DNA of 64,000 bases from positions 1-64,000 of IMG/VR virus record IMGVR_UViG_3300003873_000007. One strand, 5' to 3'. Both the position numbers and the translations under genes were made by a program. The notes under the pieces were generated by a model. That model did no database searches. It was not told the DNA's origin and was given only the letters and a program-made list of their open reading frames with translations. The stretch's first letter is position 1, and each line of letters begins with the position of its first letter. This DNA comes from a virus. This document shows, one piece after another, positions 28,825 through 37,094 of the stretch.

Positions 28825-29513
28825 AACAAGTCGATAAATTTATAATCCGAGCTAATCAAAAATTTAATCAAAAGTTTTTATATGATAAAGACAGTTATGT
28901 ATCATATAGAATTAATATGAAAATATATTGTCCTATTCATAAATGGTTTCTTCAGCAGCCTAATGTGCATATGAGATCAAAATTTGGTTGTAAATTGTGT
29001 AGCGATGAATCATTTAAATATGATATATTAAAATTTACAACACAATCAAATGAAATACACAATAATCGATATAACTATAGTAAAGTAATTTTAAAAAATT
29101 ATAAAAGTGATATAATTATAATATGCCCAATTCATGGAGATTTTATATCAAGTGCAGATAGACATATAAATTCAAAAAATGGCTGTCCAAAATGTAATAT
29201 ATCAAAGGGAGAATTATGGACTAAAAAATTTTTAGAGAAGCATAAAATAAAATTTATAGAACAATATACATTTGCTGATTGTGTAAATGTGTTAACTATG
29301 AAAAAATTAAGATTTGATTTTTATTTAACAGATTATAATATTTGTATTGAATTTGATGGTATTCAACATTTTCAACATAATATTTTTTTTGGAGACATAA
29401 AAAAATTTAAGTCGATGCAAATCAATGATTTGACAAAAGATCAATATTGTGATAAACACAATATTCAATTAATTAGAATTGATTACAATTTTAATCTAAC
29501 TTTACAAACATAA
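28821..29513 (+). CDS. Free-standing homing endonuclease (CPxHG/CPxC repeats plus Vsr-like PD-(D/E)XK domain)
   Basis: CPIH..GCPKC; FDFYL..IEFDGIQHF. Confidence 0.8.
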   Translation: MKQVDKFIIRANQKFNQKFLYDKDSYVSYRINMKIYCPIHKWFLQQPNVHMRSKFGCKLCSDESFKYDILKFTTQSNEIHNNRYNYSKVILKNYKSDIIIICPIHGDFISSADRHINSKNGCPKCNISKGELWTKKFLEKHKIKFIEQYTFADCVNVLTMKKLRFDFYLTDYNICIEFDGIQHFQHNIFFGDIKKFKSMQINDLTKDQYCDKHNIQLIRIDYNFNLTLQT

Positions 29514-29523
29514 GGAAAATGTA

Positions 29524-29964
29524 ATGGAAAATAAAGAAATAAAAGATAATGCGAAATTAGGTTTAAAAATAGGTTTAGCTTTTTTAATAGTTGTATTTAT
29601 TTTATCAATTGTGATAAATATAATGGGATGGTTTGGTTCAGCTGCTGATGTAGCTAAAAAAGAATTTGGACCTCAAGCATCATTAACAAAATACGAATGG
29701 TTTATAACTTCATCAGAAGAAATAAAAAAATTAGATTCAGATATCAATGTATATAGTGAGAAAATGAACACTATGTGCCAAACAAACGACAGAGGAACTT
29801 TAGATAGAATATCTAGAGAAGAGTGTATGATTTGGGCTCAAGAAGTAGCTGGATTAAAATCAGCATATAATGATTTAGTTGCTGAATATAACGCACAAGG
29901 TTCAAAATTTAACTGGAACATGTATAACACGAAACATATTGAAACATCGTTTAGAAGAAAATAA
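29524..29964 (+). CDS. Membrane-anchored protein
   Basis: N-terminal TM; KYEWF; LVAEYNA. Confidence 0.7.
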   Translation: MENKEIKDNAKLGLKIGLAFLIVVFILSIVINIMGWFGSAADVAKKEFGPQASLTKYEWFITSSEEIKKLDSDINVYSEKMNTMCQTNDRGTLDRISREECMIWAQEVAGLKSAYNDLVAEYNAQGSKFNWNMYNTKHIETSFRRK

Positions 29965-30185
29965 TGATTTATATTAACATATTATTATTATTATTTATAT
30001 TGATATACGGTTTAGCAGTTGGGTTAAAAAATGTTTTTATAAGAATATATAGTATCTTAACTTTAACACACTTAAATCAAAGTTTAAGTGGTAGATTATT
30101 AGATGCAGGTTTTATTGTATCAATATTATATTTATATTTTTTTCAACTAGAGTTTATTACATTTGTAATTTCAAAAATTAATTAA
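29964..30185 (+). CDS. Small membrane protein
   Basis: Hydrophobic, 73 aa. Confidence 0.6.
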   Translation: MIYINILLLLFILIYGLAVGLKNVFIRIYSILTLTHLNQSLSGRLLDAGFIVSILYLYFFQLEFITFVISKIN

Positions 30186-30194
30186 GGATATACA

Positions 30195-32213
30195 ATGACA
30201 GATTTAGAATTTAAATTATTTACAGACGCGGTAGAAAAACAGTATAATGTATTAGAAAAAAGTAGAGAACTATATGAAGTTGATGTAAATAGAGAATCGT
30301 TATATACATTTTATTTAAATGCATTTCCAGAAGGAACAAATGTTGTTTTTAAAGAACGATTAGAGTATGATTGTAACACATGTAAAAATTTTATCAGAGA
30401 TGTTGGAAATGTGGTTATGATTCAAGATGATAAACTTGTTACAGTTTGGGATGATTTGGATGTTCCTGGATATTATAAAATTGTTGCTGATAAAATGGCA
30501 GAATTTGTAAAAAGTTTTAAAATTAAAAACATCTTTTCACATTTTGAAAAGAAAGTAGGATGTGCGGTAACACATGGAGAGCCAGATGAAACCGGTTTTG
30601 TTAAAGAATGGAATCATTTCCATGCTAAAATTGATAATAAATATTATAAACGAACTGCTGGTGAAGTTGGATTAACTAGAGATAAAGTTCATATTTTCAA
30701 GAGAGGATTAACAGAAATTCGCCTTTCTGATGTTGAATTGGTTTTAGAACTAATATCTCAAAAATCATTAGAGAGAGGAGAAGAAAAAAAAGATATTTTA
30801 TTAGCATTTAAAAAATTAAAAGAAGAGATAGATCCAAATTTAGACGAAAATCAATATAATATTTTTATTTGGAAAAATTATATGAAATTTGGTGCTCAAA
30901 TTTTTAAAGATGTAATTGGAACATTATTAAAAGATTTGAAAGATGGTGAAGAATTAGATGTCGCTGCAAATAAATTTGAATCAAAAATGGTTGGGTATAA
31001 AAGACCTATGACACATAAAGTTACTCCTCTGATGATAAAAAAAGCGCTAGAAAAAATTGATTCTCTAGGAATTAGAAAATCATTATATAGAAGACCAGCT
31101 GTTATATCAGATGTGTCTGTAAATAATGTATTGTTTGTTGATAGAAATGTTTCTCCTTTAATGAAAGATGATTTACAAGAATCTTTATTAAAAGAAGTAA
31201 AACAAAAACCAGTTAATTTATCAAAAGTTGAAGAAATTTCAATTGATGATTTTGTTAATAACGTGTTGCCAAATATTGATTCAATGGAAGCATTGTTTGA
31301 AAATAAGCATGCTTCTAATTTGGTACAATTAATTGCTCCCTTACATGAGGATGCTCCAAATATTTTAAAATGGGATAATAATTTTACTTGGAGCTACAAA
31401 GGAAATGTAACGGATTCAATTAAAGAAAGAGTAAAAGCTGCAGGTGGAAATATTGATGCAGTATTGCGTTTTAGTATCCAATGGAACGATGGTGATAATA
31501 ACCAAAATGATTTTGATGCACACTGTATTGAACCAAATAATCACTTAATATATTATTCTAATAAAGGAATTAAACATGAATCATCAGGAATGTTAGATAT
31601 TGATATTCAAAATCCTGGTAATTCAATAGCGGTTGAAAATATAACATGGACAAATTTAAATAGTATGCCTGATGGTAAATATGAAATGATTGTTCATAAC
31701 TTCGCTCATAGAGGAGGTAAAACTGGATTTACTGCACAAATTGAATTTAATAATATTATTTATGATTTTACATATGATAAAGAATTGAATAATGATGAAA
31801 AAGTTAAAGTAGCAACAATCACAAAAACGGGTAATATATTAGAAATTGAATCACATATTCAATCAAATCACACTTCAACTGATACATGGAATATTAAATC
31901 AGAAATGTTTCAAAAAGTTAATTTATTAACAATTTCTCCAAATTATTGGGATGATCAAAAAATTGGAAATAAACATTTCTTTTTCATTTTAGAAAATGCT
32001 TTGAATGATGAAGCCCCACGTGGATTCTACAATGAATTTCTAAAAAGTGAATTTGATAAAGAACGAAAAGTATTTGAGATGTTAGGTGATAAAACAAAAT
32101 GTGAAATATCAGATAATCAATTAAGTGGATTAGGATTTTCTACAACTAAACGAAATACTTTAATTGTAAAAGTATCTGGTAATTTTACAAGAACATTAAA
32201 AATCAAATTTTAA
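30195..32213 (+). CDS. Large conserved phage protein (CxxC N-domain; YfaP/TerD-like C-terminal segment)
   Basis: YDCNTCKNF, WNHFH, WDNNFTWSY, DFDAHCIEP, LDID, AVENITW. Confidence 0.65.
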   Translation: MTDLEFKLFTDAVEKQYNVLEKSRELYEVDVNRESLYTFYLNAFPEGTNVVFKERLEYDCNTCKNFIRDVGNVVMIQDDKLVTVWDDLDVPGYYKIVADKMAEFVKSFKIKNIFSHFEKKVGCAVTHGEPDETGFVKEWNHFHAKIDNKYYKRTAGEVGLTRDKVHIFKRGLTEIRLSDVELVLELISQKSLERGEEKKDILLAFKKLKEEIDPNLDENQYNIFIWKNYMKFGAQIFKDVIGTLLKDLKDGEELDVAANKFESKMVGYKRPMTHKVTPLMIKKALEKIDSLGIRKSLYRRPAVISDVSVNNVLFVDRNVSPLMKDDLQESLLKEVKQKPVNLSKVEEISIDDFVNNVLPNIDSMEALFENKHASNLVQLIAPLHEDAPNILKWDNNFTWSYKGNVTDSIKERVKAAGGNIDAVLRFSIQWNDGDNNQNDFDAHCIEPNNHLIYYSNKGIKHESSGMLDIDIQNPGNSIAVENITWTNLNSMPDGKYEMIVHNFAHRGGKTGFTAQIEFNNIIYDFTYDKELNNDEKVKVATITKTGNILEIESHIQSNHTSTDTWNIKSEMFQKVNLLTISPNYWDDQKIGNKHFFFILENALNDEAPRGFYNEFLKSEFDKERKVFEMLGDKTKCEISDNQLSGLGFSTTKRNTLIVKVSGNFTRTLKIKF

Positions 32214-32267
32214 GGAGTATTTAAAAATTTTAGCTTGAGTTGAGAAGTATCTCTAAATTAAAAAAGG

Positions 32268-32285
32268 ATCTTTATCGATAAAGAT
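32268..32285. repeat. Palindrome ATCTTTATCGATAAAGAT
   Basis: Intergenic, just before an RBS. Confidence 0.9.
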
Positions 32286-32309
32286 CATTTTAACAAAAAG
32301 GAATATAAA

Positions 32310-32705
32310 ATGGAAAAGAGATTTGAAAGAGCGATGAGAGAAGGAATTACATTTAACACAACAATCGGTTTACTAACAACTGAAGATATGTGGAGAATCC
32401 CTCTTCGTTCAAATGATAAATTAAATTTAGATGAAATCACAAGTGCTGTTGATGAAGAAATTCAAAAGTCTTCTAAAAAAAGTTTTGTTGATAAACAAAC
32501 CAATGCTGATGAAATACTTGAACTCAAGATGGATATATTAAAATATATTATTGATGTGAAATTGAAAGAAGAGGAAGAAAAGAAAAATGCTAATTTAAAA
32601 AAAGAAAAGAGAAAACGTTTATTAGCATTAAGAGCAGCAAAACAAAATGATTTGGATAGCAATAAATCATTAGAAGAAATTGATGCTGAGTTAGCAGAGT
32701 TATAA
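32310..32705 (+). CDS. Conserved phage coiled-coil protein
   Basis: GLLTTEDMWRIPL...SFV...LKMDILKYII. Confidence 0.7.
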   Translation: MEKRFERAMREGITFNTTIGLLTTEDMWRIPLRSNDKLNLDEITSAVDEEIQKSSKKSFVDKQTNADEILELKMDILKYIIDVKLKEEEEKKNANLKKEKRKRLLALRAAKQNDLDSNKSLEEIDAELAEL

Positions 32706-32725
32706 AACATAAATATAAAAAAATG

Positions 32726-32743
32726 ATCTTTATCGATAAAGAT
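32726..32743. repeat. Palindrome ATCTTTATCGATAAAGAT
   Basis: Intergenic, just before an RBS. Confidence 0.9.
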
Positions 32744-32759
32744 AAAAAAAGGAAATGAA

Positions 32760-33362
32760 ATGAAAAATTTTACAATATTAATTACAATCGCAATAGCATT
32801 CTATTTTACCGGATGTAATTTCGAACAACATTCAACACCTAAATCAAATTCAGGCGTTAAACAAGCTAAGGCTCAAGTTAAAGTACAAAGCAATGGTTTA
32901 ACATTCGAACAGAGTAATGTTAAAAAACGTGCAGAGTTTGAAAATAAACCAGGAAGCATTAAACATTTATATATTATTAGTCCATATACAGGACAAGTAT
33001 TAATTTATAGTACAGTTAAAGGTAAAGTAACAAGCTCAGGAAAGAGATTAACACCACGTTCAGTATTAGTTGCAAATGCAAACTCTGGTGCGCATACACA
33101 AGGAATTTCAGTTAATATTGGTGGTTCTAATTATAAAACAGGAGAAGTTCTTGGTGATGATGGAACATATGGAAGTTCAATTCCTTATATTTATTGGTGG
33201 GATGTAAATAATCGTTATCATCAACATTTTATCATGGGTGGACAAATTATTCATATTTCAAATAAACCAATTGCTGTAAAAAGTGTTACTATTAATATGG
33301 AATTGTCACAAACCAACGAAGATGATGATTTAAAATATAAGAATATAAAGCCAAAAAAATAA
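32760..33362 (+). CDS. Putative lipoprotein
   Basis: Lipobox YFTGC; GKVTSSGKRLTP; GDDGTYGSS. Confidence 0.75.
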   Translation: MKNFTILITIAIAFYFTGCNFEQHSTPKSNSGVKQAKAQVKVQSNGLTFEQSNVKKRAEFENKPGSIKHLYIISPYTGQVLIYSTVKGKVTSSGKRLTPRSVLVANANSGAHTQGISVNIGGSNYKTGEVLGDDGTYGSSIPYIYWWDVNNRYHQHFIMGGQIIHISNKPIAVKSVTINMELSQTNEDDDLKYKNIKPKK

Positions 33363-33363
33363 T

Positions 33364-33912
33364 ATGAGTTTATTTATATGTTTCGAATGTGGATGTATAG
33401 AAAATACTAATTGTTGTCATCATGGAGTAAAATTTGATGACAACGGGAATAAGATTAAAAATGGTTTTAGAAATTGGGGAATCATGCAGATGTATGGGTG
33501 GAGAGATGAAGAACATCGTGAGAAAAAAAATTATCCGACTCATATGTTATGTTCGGAATGTAACACTGGAACTTGGCACAATGAATGGGAAAAAAGTTAT
33601 CCAAATGATATAGAGATTGCTATGGCAAATGATTTAGAAGACAAGGTATATACTAGTCATCCCCTTTATAAAAAATTAGAGAAATCTAATAATTACACTT
33701 TAAAACAATTTGAAGAAGATAATAAAAATAGAAAACTTCAAGACAAAATTGGTAAAAAGGTAAAAAAAAGTTTTAAAGAACATACTTCTGATATGTCTTG
33801 GATGTATCAGAGTCATGAACCATACATAAGAGAAGAACCAAAAATTGGAAGAAACTCTATATGTTTATGCGGGTCTGGTAAAAAATATAAAAAATGTTGC
33901 AAGGATAAATAA
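33364..33912 (+). CDS. Cys-rich protein with a C-terminal SEC-C motif
   Basis: CFECGCIENT, LCSEC; KIGRNSICLCGSGKKYKKCC. Confidence 0.85.
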   Translation: MSLFICFECGCIENTNCCHHGVKFDDNGNKIKNGFRNWGIMQMYGWRDEEHREKKNYPTHMLCSECNTGTWHNEWEKSYPNDIEIAMANDLEDKVYTSHPLYKKLEKSNNYTLKQFEEDNKNRKLQDKIGKKVKKSFKEHTSDMSWMYQSHEPYIREEPKIGRNSICLCGSGKKYKKCCKDK

Positions 33913-33933
33913 TGAAAAAAATTAGGAGATATA

Positions 33934-34323
33934 ATGGTAAGATATGATCAAACGGATATAAAAAAAGATATAGAAGATACGGATACAAAAGAATTGGTTA
34001 CAATTGATCTAAAACATATGCAAAAAATTGTTCAATTGTTTAAAAAAGAAATATCTGCACTAGAAGTAAATAATGTAAATATTGTAAAAAATATATCAAA
34101 AGATACAATTGTATTAAATGATATAATAACACTTGATATGTTAATCAATAAGTTAGGAACTGCTGTTGAATCAAAAACTGAATTTATTAAAAATTTTTAC
34201 ATGTATAGACTTGATAGATATATTAATGAGGCATATGGTAAACCAGTTACAGCAATTCAAGAATTTCCATATAGTTTTAATGTTGGAAATAATGAAAATA
34301 TTATAAAATTTGAGTTTATTTAG
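33934..34323 (+). CDS. Hypothetical protein
   Basis: 129 aa, AGGAG RBS. Confidence 0.7.
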   Translation: MVRYDQTDIKKDIEDTDTKELVTIDLKHMQKIVQLFKKEISALEVNNVNIVKNISKDTIVLNDIITLDMLINKLGTAVESKTEFIKNFYMYRLDRYINEAYGKPVTAIQEFPYSFNVGNNENIIKFEFI

Positions 34324-34391
34324 TTATCTAAAAAGATAACTAAAACTATTATAGAAATTATACATATCTACAAAAACTAAGGAAATATAAC

Positions 34392-35410
34392 ATGGAACAA
34401 ATCACACCAGCCGGAATTCAAATAGACATTGAAGCAGCAACTCAAGTAGTAACTCCTCAACCAGTAGCTCAAGTAGTAACTCCTCAACCAGTAGCTCAAG
34501 TAGTAACTCCTCAACCAGTAGCTCAAGTAGTACTCAAGTAGTAACTCCTCAACCAGTAGCAGTAGCTCAAACAATGGACCCTGAAAATCCATTACATGTG
34601 AAACCAACACCTGTTGGAGAAGAAGTAGCTGAACTAGTTAAACAAGAAGTCCTACAAAACGAAGAGTTAGAAGGAACGGAAATTGCTAGTATTGATAGTA
34701 GTTTCTGGGATTCTTTTTTAAAATTAATTGAAGTTGTTTCTACTGATTTAGAGCCTACCGATGTAGTTTCTATAAATAAAGGTAAATTATTGATCGCTAA
34801 AGGATCAGGCGCAATTTATGGTGACCTAACTGATATATTTGGCAATCATACGTGGAACATAAAAGATCCAAATAATACATTAAAAAAATTAAAACTTATC
34901 TCAGGTGGTGAAAAAGTTACGATTATGGACGCAGCAAAATCAAATCTAGTATATTCATCAGTTAAAGGCGTAGTAAAATCAAATATCAATATTGTAAAAA
35001 CTGATATTGATAATATCCAAACAGTTGAACGCATTGACCCAGGTGAACTAAAACATACATTTAAAATCAATAAAAATGAAGTATCTCGAATGTCAAATGC
35101 TAAAAAAGTTTTAGGAGCCCCATCTTTCAATATAATTATTGATGTTAATACATTTGAAGTGCTTAGTATAAATATCAACTCAGAGATCAGTTATAAATTT
35201 ATTGATGCAGCAGGAAGAGAGACTATGAGATATAAAGCAATTACTTTATTTCCTGTACCAAAAGTTGATACAGATTTAGTATTTGAAGTATATTCAAAAG
35301 ACAAAGATATTTACATTAAAACTATATCTAACATTACAGTAACTGTATTAACTTACCAAGTTCGAGCAATCAAAAATCCAGACATTCAATTAGATTTTAA
35401 CGATTATTAA
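34392..35410 (+). CDS. Probable sliding clamp-like protein; true start likely 34392, frameshifted by an 11-bp duplication (track ORF 34574..35410)
   Basis: Directly upstream of the clamp loader, size and alternating alpha/beta pattern fit; AAGGA RBS before 34392. Confidence 0.5.
34441..34559 (+). repeat. 27-bp tandem repeat (QVVTPQPVA) x4 with an 11-bp partial copy
   Basis: CTCAAGTAGTAACTCCTCAACCAGTAG. Confidence 0.9.
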
Positions 35411-35424
35411 GAATAGGTTTTATA

Positions 35425-36456
35425 ATGGAAAATTTAATGCAAAAACCATGGTTCGAAAAACATAGACCTCAAGTAATTGATGATGTTGTTTTTGAATCAC
35501 CTGAGGTTGAAAAAAAAATTAAAGGTTTTGTTGAACAAGGTTGGATTCAAGGAAATATTATTTCCTTTGGTCCAGGTGGGGTAGGAAAAACAACAATTAA
35601 TAAAATATTATTACATAGTATAGTAAAAAGTACACATGATTATTTTATTTTAAGTAAAAGTGTTTCAGATATTGATAAATTAAATTCATGGTTACTTGAT
35701 GGTGCAGTATCATCGAAGCAACGTATTGTTATATGTGAAGAGTTTGATCGATTAAGCCCTCAAGCACAAACTGCTTTAAAAGATGGGTTAATGGAAAGGT
35801 ATATGCCGAAAGTAGCATATATCGTTACGACGAATAATATTCATGGAATTGATAGCGCTTTACTTCAACGATTTAATGAAAAATTAAATTTTACAAGTTT
35901 TAACGTAGATGGTGTTTATTTTCGAATGAAAAAAATATTAGATCTAGAAAATGTTAAATATGAGGATAATGATCTATATGCTGTTGTGATGTCATTTGAA
36001 CATAAAGGTATTAGAGAATTATTAAATAATCTACAAGGTGGAACAATCAATGGTGAATTTAAATCTAGCAATTTGACCAATAATGTATTAAGTTCATCTG
36101 GAGTAGAAGAAGCAATTATTTCATATATAAAATTTTTTATCCAATACATAATGACATTAACACCAGATGTTATATATCCAATATGTACTATACCAAATTC
36201 CGATCCAAATATAGCAAAACATTATAATCCTATGATTGAGTTTATGGAGAAAGATCCAAGTATTAATTATGAATATATTTATAAAAATTTATTGAATGAT
36301 GTTGATATTTTACTTCCATTGAAACATATTTTTACAAAATATTATCAAGAATTGAAATTGATACCTATGCCAAATATACATCTACAGTCGTGTTTATTTG
36401 AAGTATTTACAACATTGTACACATTACGAGGTGGAGAAAAAAAGTTAATCCATTAA
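35425..36456 (+). CDS. Clamp loader AAA+ subunit (RFC-small/T4 gp44-like)
   Basis: PWFEKHRP, GPGGVGKTT, EEFDRLSPQAQ, ALLQRF, IRELLNNLQ. Confidence 0.9.
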   Translation: MENLMQKPWFEKHRPQVIDDVVFESPEVEKKIKGFVEQGWIQGNIISFGPGGVGKTTINKILLHSIVKSTHDYFILSKSVSDIDKLNSWLLDGAVSSKQRIVICEEFDRLSPQAQTALKDGLMERYMPKVAYIVTTNNIHGIDSALLQRFNEKLNFTSFNVDGVYFRMKKILDLENVKYEDNDLYAVVMSFEHKGIRELLNNLQGGTINGEFKSSNLTNNVLSSSGVEEAIISYIKFFIQYIMTLTPDVIYPICTIPNSDPNIAKHYNPMIEFMEKDPSINYEYIYKNLLNDVDILLPLKHIFTKYYQELKLIPMPNIHLQSCLFEVFTTLYTLRGGEKKLIH

Positions 36457-36474
36457 GAAATTGTAGAACTATAA

Positions 36475-36510
36475 TTGAGAAATACAAAAAGTTAACATAG
36501 AAATATATAT
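36475..36510 (+). promoter_or_regulatory. Putative phage promoter, copy 3
   Basis: TTGAGAAATACAAAAAGTTAACATAGAAATATATA upstream of the SWIM/beta' genes. Confidence 0.65.
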
Positions 36511-36519
36511 AACAAGAAG

Positions 36520-36664
36520 AAGACTTTTACAACTAATAGGTCTTATGCTATATAATATAGTTGGTCATCGATGACAACTATATTACATTAGTATAAGTCG
36601 CTTGAAGTTATAGTAAGTCTTACTTATTTATTCAAAAAAATAATTTACCTGCCTGTCAGGTAAA
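36520..36664 (+). ncRNA. Candidate structured RNA or leader (100-nt interrupted hairpin plus a second hairpin)
   Basis: Nested complementary arms 36520-36621 including a G-U pair; TTTACCTG/CAGGTAAA at 36644-36664. Confidence 0.35.
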
Positions 36665-36685
36665 AATTAAACCAAGAGAGTTAAT

Positions 36686-37078
36686 ATGATAAATATTTTA
36701 CAATTAGTTAAAGAACCAAAAGATTTTGATACTATGGTATCAAGAAAGACTGGAGCTATCGATTTTATAGTTGAAGGAGTTGTTGTTAATAAAAAATCTG
36801 GTAAAGGATATAATGTTGAGGTTCATATGGATACAAAAAAATTAGAGAAAACAAGCAATCTAAAAGTTGCTTGTTCTTGTGATGATTTTCAGTATAGATG
36901 GGCATATGTTTTATTTCAAAAAGGAGCATTACTTAATCCTAGAAAATATGTATTAGAACCTCCAAAAAAGACAAATCCTGATCAAAATATAAATGCATGT
37001 AAACACATTCATACTTTTTTAAAGGTTGAATTAGATAAATCACTTAAAACTTTTAGTAATAAAAAAGGCAGTTTATAA
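36686..37078 (+). CDS. SWIM zinc-finger protein
   Basis: ACSCDDFQYRW...ACKHI. Confidence 0.75.
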   Translation: MINILQLVKEPKDFDTMVSRKTGAIDFIVEGVVVNKKSGKGYNVEVHMDTKKLEKTSNLKVACSCDDFQYRWAYVLFQKGALLNPRKYVLEPPKKTNPDQNINACKHIHTFLKVELDKSLKTFSNKKGSL

Positions 37079-37094
37079 TGAATAAGGATATTAA

